From Macrostomum lignano (Eukaryota), in contig NIVC01001062.1 of assembly GCA_002269645.1 (NCBI GenBank), forward strand, positions 304,647 to 368,646: a stretch of 64,000 nucleotides of DNA, given 5' to 3'. Position numbers and translations under genes: made by a program. The notes beneath the pieces were generated by a model, which saw nothing but the letters and a program-made list of their open reading frames with translations, was not told the origin of the DNA and ran no database searches. Below are positions 59,501 to 64,000 of the stretch, piece by piece (within the stretch, counting starts at the first letter, position 1; each line of letters opens with the position of its first letter).

Positions 59501-61402
59501 TATTAAGGACGAGCCTCAAAAATCCTTGCGCAGTTCTACCTCTGATGTTGACCTTCTGACCGTTATAGTAGATGGTCTTGAAGTAGGCGATGTTGTGTGA
59601 GTACGGTTGCGATCTCCAAGGCTCGTAGTCGTGAACTTCAATGAGTGAAAAAATATTTACGAGTATTATTACTTTTTCTGTTTCAGAAACAGTGTTTGGG
59701 TTTGTGAAAAGATGATCAATTTCCAGGGAATTTAGTCGCGGAATTTCTGTGGAAGGCTACCAGTTTGCAAAATTGGCCGGGATGTGGGACGACCTCGCTT
59801 CGAAATTAAAGGGGTGTTGAGCCAGAAATAATGGTAGCGAATAAAATTCAATACCACAAGTATGATTTCTGTATTTTAGTTAGGCAATTGGTATTTGCGT
59901 ATTTTACCCAGTATAATTATTGTATTTGAACCGACTTCGACAGCCAAAAATAAGCTGAGTAGCGAAACAAGAATATCTCAAATACTCTAAGCATAAAAAG
60001 ATTAACATAAGAGTGAACACAAATAGTGTGAGACCAGAGGGCAAGAGAGGGTGAGAGCACAGAGGATGAGTACAGAGGTGAAATCATATTGTTTCACGGA
60101 ATTCTGCAACGCACCCGCGGATCGGAGACTTTCCACAAACCCTACTGTATTCAACTAGGAGGTCTATTGGAACTCACGGCAGTTGTGTCGAATGCAGTCT
60201 TCTGTGGATAGTTTGTCGGATTCTCGGCAATAGGGTGATCTACCTTCGGTGGCTGCATAAGTATAAATACCAGGTAATTAAAAAACGCATTGAGGAATTA
60301 CAAACATTGGCTACTTTCGTTGAGTGAAACAATATTTCTGCAGGGCAAAAGCACTTACGACTGATGCAGTAATTGCGGAAGTGTCTTTTACTGCTTGTGG
60401 TTGCTGGCCTACAAACCCGGCCCCTTGCAGTCACGTTGATCTTGTAGACAAAGTTCTCATAATCACCAGTTGACAGAAGACAGTTAGCTGAAAGGTGCTA
60501 CTAAATGCAAGTTTGAGAAAGCATAGCAAGTGCAAGAAGTACTAGATCGATAGTGAACAAGTCTTACCGCGCATTCGAACTCCGTTTCCAATGATGGAGC
60601 CAGCAGAGTCAAAGTAGGACGCAGAGAACGGGAAGCCCCGGACCGAAGCTCCGCTGCCTTCGCCAAGGAGCGGACGGTAGCAGTCTGGATCGGGAATGAT
60701 GCACATGACCCAAGGAAAACGATGTTAACAATCATAAGAACTGCTTTTTGCTCTGGATTGTTAGCCGATGTTTACCTCTTTCGGCTGGCATCACAGTCAC
60801 AATTCTCCTATTAAAGGCTGGCCGAGCACCTCCCACCAGATCGGGCGGCACGCTGCAGGCAAACACAGTGGAGTTCGAATACTGAGTGCTGCTGGTGCTG
60901 AAGCCGCTCTGACTGCCCTCTAGCAAATGCAGCCGATCGTACAGCAGCCTGCGGTACCGGTTTCTGCCGGGGTCCGGCTGCTGAACACAAGCTCTACTGT
61001 GGCTGCCACCAAAGCTGGCCCTCTGATCGGCATAGGCCACATGACTCACTAACATCGTTACTTTTTCGCCTGAATTAGAGTTGAGTTCGTTTTTTAGAAT
61101 GGAGTTTGCACATTGACATTTTGAAAATGCTTAAGTGTTTAACGCACCGTTTCGTTGGGGTGCCTGCGGCAGCTGGCAGGCGAACATCTCCTTGGTCCCA
61201 GCTTCGTGTGCAACGATGGACGCTTGCATTGTGCTGTACACGCCGTAGATCTCAGACGGCTGGCCGAGCTTCCAGTGCGAGTTTGGCACCGCTGTGCCGT
61301 CGAACCAGAACCAGCCGGAGTTGTTCCGCTGCATCCCGATGTGGAATTCAAAGTCGTTCCTGTGTATATTGTTACGGATTGCAATTGCTTGGTTGAATGT
61401 AG
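35558..61402 (-). CDS. Giant polycystin-1-like (PKD1L/REJ) receptor-channel, multi-exon; 5' end not identified
   Basis: C-terminal exons were checked by hand for GT-AG and phase: terminal 35706-35558 (coiled coil IDLVEMRLNSVESLLN), channel/TOP exon 37313-35775 (EYRGGGF, LKSLSWLDRHTRFVAID, FLTFVIVNFFISVLNESY), TM4/5 (CQYIGWALV...FVQPLK), DDHLWMSVF...FSRLQRFGVCFCLLFMTMIANAMFYG, PLAT (~39200-38700), GPS/TM1 (~39575-39290), REJ and PKD-like repeats (~40300-46500). Upstream minus-strand exons encode EGF, fibrinogen, CTL, F5/8C and FTP domains. Joining all exons above 46.5 kb into one transcript is inferred; frame problems at ~44970, ~52400/55600 and ~60480 are noted in findings. Confidence 0.85.
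37428..37533 (-). CDS. PKD1-like duplicated exon A (106 nt): VIVIGFILVVIFRKDYDFEHTPLVRVSHYNKVVRK
   Basis: Acceptor TACTTGCAG, donor G|GTATGT, phase 0 to phase 1. Confidence 0.85.
37665..37770 (-). CDS. PKD1-like duplicated exon B (106 nt): IAIIGFAMIVFFRKDYDVDNTPLVRVSYYNKLFKK
   Basis: Acceptor TGTTTGCAG, donor G|GTACAT, phase 0 to phase 1; paralogous to exon A. Confidence 0.85.
42035..42185. repeat. ~28-bp minisatellite (GCTGAGATNTCAAGGCTTACTGGGGAATT) in a PKD1-like intron
   Basis: About 5 degenerate tandem copies. Confidence 0.8.
46590..47398 (-). CDS. Fibrinogen C-terminal (FReD) domain exon followed by an EGF-like exon of the PKD1-like gene
   Basis: WMIIYQ...YQAGFEMDNLVWIGLQSLSDLT...MRID...FSTFD...CA...GSGWWFSSDC...LTG; then NINDACFADASCTLAKYTVCLSPGEPLNTTCLCKSGY. 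Confidence 0.85.
48460..48625. repeat. ~47-bp tandem repeat in a PKD1-like intron next to the donor at ~48635
   Basis: GATCTGACCCAGCTCCAATAACAGTCTCTGCATCAACCTAGATCAAGAA, about 3 copies. Confidence 0.8.
53190..53848 (+). pseudogene. Polinton/adintovirus-like major capsid protein (double jelly-roll), C-terminal half, decayed
   Basis: KLTGIELYLEVIEPKTALKADYLKAMEKEIDVAY...SNPRYIII and LYPMFGVDVSARQ...SPVNIV...LYIIYAFE resemble recalled Polinton MCP segments (K..W..P.V.P, KPRYVII, YPLFVFD.S.Q...DI). Stops and one frameshift at ~53560-53595. Confidence 0.65.
53907..54760 (+). pseudogene. Polinton/adintovirus-like minor capsid protein (penton, single jelly-roll); 220-aa open 3' part with frameshifted 5' part
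   Basis: Reconstructed N-terminus SKESIPITITG...EQAIRLDPGANY.VYLNDFTGWSNVPNVMAANTKFYY and C-terminus ELGF...NIADI...ILIRSNL...DILYNISNSVAGGQMLVEKPNPVKRVVLSNKEIHEIVLHFETEDGVGFYFNGEEFVLTLII follow the recalled penton pattern (PI.LD..Y.L.L..F....SIPNI...NNKF; V.PG..I.E.P; I..I.I...DQ.G..I.F.GE...L.I). Confidence 0.8.
54790..55490 (-). pseudogene. Second, divergent MCP-like remnant, tail-to-tail with the penton gene
   Basis: Shares a near-identical ~85-bp patch with 53200-53290, then PLTKICLYIY (versus KLTGIELYLE) and PKPRVLIL. Many stops. Confidence 0.45.
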
Positions 61403-61664
61403 CTTATTCGCTAAATAGTACGCTTGAGGCATTTTAGCAAATACACTAGCAATCAGCGCCCCCGTTGGGAGCCAAAAAATGCAGTACAAGTTTTTTAATA
61501 AACTACATGTAGCATCTCTTTGCAATATACCTCAGCAGTCCCTTGTAGGCCTTGACATGTCAGCTATTCCCTCCCCCCCACAAGCCTTAGCATATCAACT
61601 TCCCCCTTGACATCGCAGCGATGCCCCCTATAAGCCTTGAAATCTTAAAAAATCTGTCAACCTG

Positions 61665-61709
61665 CTAACCCTAACCTTAGCCTAACCATAACCCTAACCC
61701 TAACCCTAG
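61665..61709. repeat. Short interstitial telomere-like (CCCTAA)n tract
   Basis: CTAACCCTAACCTTAGCCTAACCATAACCCTAACCCTAACCCTAG. Confidence 0.8.
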
Positions 61710-61711
61710 TC

Positions 61712-61834
61712 GTTCCGCTGCATCCCGATGTGGAATTCAAAGCCATTCCTGTGTATATTGTTACGGATTGTAATTGCTTGGTTGAATGTAGCTTATTCGC
61801 TAAATAGTACACTTGAGACATTTTAGCAAATACA
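61712..61834 (-). repeat. 123-bp direct duplicate of 61323-61445 (acceptor and 5' part of a C-type lectin exon)
   Basis: Near-identical sequence with a few substitutions, offset 389 bp. Confidence 0.95.
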
Positions 61835-62139
61835 TGAAAGGGCTGAGAAAGCTTTTTGTTAGAGCAGGAAAAAACTCAAAGTATCATCTTTGTTCTCATC
61901 CAGCGGATTCGAAAAGACCCCGGTCCGTGTGCGGATGGCTCCCGAAAAATTAAATAATCTTCAAGTGAGGTTAATGAGGGTTTTTATTTTTTTTACATCC
62001 CCAAAGCAGGTGATACAAAGTAGCCTATTAACCCTGCCTCCGAGATTTAAACGTGGATGCTGCTTAACCTCGGGAAGATCAGTAATTTAGCTGCTGGAGA
62101 TATAAACTTATTTATTTACTGATAGATAGATAGATAGCC

Positions 62140-63310
62140 AGGTTGTCTGCAGTGGCCGGTCTTTTTCAATTATTTTCCACCATTCACCGGTTTAGCGAGT
62201 CTTCTGGTCTGAGCGATCGTCTGCCGCTTGATGAGCAGTTAAAGAACATCATGCGCTGGTGATGCCTTCAACAAGTACTGGTTAACTACAAAGAGGCTGT
62301 CGCTGCCTCGCTTGCCCCGATGTACTGGCGTCATCAGCTACAGAATAAATGGGTTGCCATCTATTGTGACAACGTCCGTGCCTGCGAGATAATTTACAAG
62401 GACTCCTCCAAGGAGGTCCGGCTGCTGCAGTTACTGGAGTCTGCTGCCCTGCAAGGCGTAAAGCAGAACTTCATCATTACCGTCCATCATGTGCCGACTC
62501 TCTTTCAGCTGTTTAATGATGCTGCCTCCCGCCTGCATTGTAGGCAGGTAGTGATGAATTTTGTGTTACGTGCCGATGCAGCATGCTCTTTTTGTCCGCT
62601 GGAGACTGCTGGTCATGCGCCCAGCCTAGCCCCGCCCAGCCCTTTTTCTTTTTCTCATTACAGCCTATGCGCTCTGTCGTCTAAGAAGTCAGTCGCAGTG
62701 CGCTCCTGTCTCTACCTGCTGTGGTGCCGATCTGTCAAGGACGTCGCGAACTATGTTGGCCGGTTGTCGGACAACTTTTAAAGCTCATTTAGAAGTGTTC
62801 GGGTGCACATCAGTGCGTTTTCAGTTAACTTCCCGTAGGCAGGGGCGCCAGATCTGACCAAGCACTCGCTGCTGCACCTGCACCTTGACCTGGGGGGGGG
62901 GCAAAGCGCGAGCCTGGGGCGGAATCGAGTCGCAAGCTGCCAGCATCGCTGGAGAACCTGATGAGACTGCACAGTCCAGTTGACTGCTTGAACCTTCTAC
63001 AGGCGGCCTGCTGGTGGCAGTTTTGTGTAGAGGAATGTCCCAGGAAGTTCTGCCTGCTGCAAGCGAGTCACTTTGACCCGCATGTGCTACGCTTTAGCAA
63101 TCTGTCAAAGTTCAAAGGTCTGCTGCTGACTTCTATTCTTGTACAGAGTGCTGGTTCAGCACTGACACTTGGCCACCCGCTATGTCCCGTTGCTGGTCTG
63201 TTTTTTTCGTCCATTATTCATCTGGACTTGACGTTGAAAACTCGACTCGCTGTGAACTGCTACCTTGACGGTGTGACGCTTGGTGCAGCTCAAAAGTTTG
63301 CAACTGCAGT
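62140..63310 (+). mobile_element. DIRS/Ngaro-type retrotransposon, 3' part (RNase H and tyrosine recombinase), degenerate
   Basis: NYKEAVAASLAPMYWRHQLQNKWVAIYCDN...NFIITVHHVP....NDAASRL is RNase H. YLLWC...ANYVGRLS...RVHISA and LQAACWW...FDPHVLRFSNL..SK...HPLCPVAGL are YR N-terminal and catalytic-domain remnants. Confidence 0.8.
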
Positions 63311-64000
63311 TTTTTGACAGCGGTTCTTGCTAGTTTTCTTTCTTTTGATCGAAGTTTTTTCCTTCTGGCTTTTGGAAGGTTTAGTGCCTCTTTCTTGTTT
63401 TCGACAGCTTCTATCCTATTCCCGGTTCTGTTTTTTGTGTGGTGGCGGTGAAAGCTAATTAAAAGCAAAATCTGACGATCGAAACAAATGTTTCACTTCA
63501 ATGGTTGAGTTTTTACGACGATCAAGTTTTGGTTTTTGGAGTGCCAGGCACAGATGTCAGTTATGTTATTGCTACAATCTGATCTACGTCAGACTCACCA
63601 AACACTCAGGAAGCTCATCACGGCGCGTCCTTCGGCATCAGTAAGCTGCCTCGGCACCAGCCCAGAAGTAGGAGCTGCACAATCTGTGAGCACTGCTCTC
63701 TGCAAAGCCTTCACGCGCCGAAGTGCAGGCAGATGTCTCCGGTGCGGGGTGAAACCTGGCGGACAGGGTTGGCCTGGACGCCCAGAGGGACACTTCCTCC
63801 GGCTGCAGGACCGTTGTGTGACGTGGATTGTGAGATGGATCGGCGTCAGCAGCACCGGGAACTCGAATATCCAGCGGGCTGAGCTTGTCTGGAACTGAAG
63901 TGTGGGTAAAGGTGAACGTCTGCACAAAGCAACAACACTTTTTAAAGCTCGCCAGGAGTCTTTTGTGCAACAACGATGGCAAGCAGCAGCGGCTACATCG

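Noticed and set aside
63536-64000. 110-120 aa ORFs on both strands at the window end
   Set aside because: No recognisable motif or splice-phase link to the PKD1-like gene; cannot be assigned from sequence alone.

Overview
Eukaryotic (animal) genomic DNA with GC-rich spliced exons and AT-rich, repeat-laden introns and intergenic DNA. The style suggests a free-living flatworm such as Macrostomum, but that is inference and was not verified. Five host genes can be supported. (1) Nup133, minus strand, 9 exons, 12250->1458, about 1216 aa; all eight introns carry a tandem-repeat array. (2) An intronless acidic low-complexity ORF (19440->18520) with an HMGN-like EPRRRSSRLAAK motif. (3) MYCBP/AMY-1, plus strand, 4 exons, 103 aa. 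(4) An intronless TRBP/PACT/Loquacious-like protein with two dsRBDs (29551-30480). (5) A very large polycystin-1-like (PKD1L/REJ) gene on the minus strand (~61400->35558; 5' end not seen) with a mosaic ectodomain (C-type lectin, F5/8C discoidin, F-type lectin, fibrinogen, EGF, PKD, REJ), a degenerate GPS, PLAT and a polycystin channel. It contains a pair of duplicated 106-nt exons that look mutually exclusive. Mobile DNA includes a MULE remnant, a tRNA-derived SINE with TSD, an IR/DR Tc1 fragment, an internally deleted mariner, two complementary DIRS/Ngaro-type fragments 27 kb apart, and a Penelope tail with a minimal hammerhead ribozyme. A 3.2-kb block inside the PKD1-like gene carries decayed Polinton/adintovirus-like major and minor capsid genes. 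All family assignments come from recalled motifs; no database searches were run.
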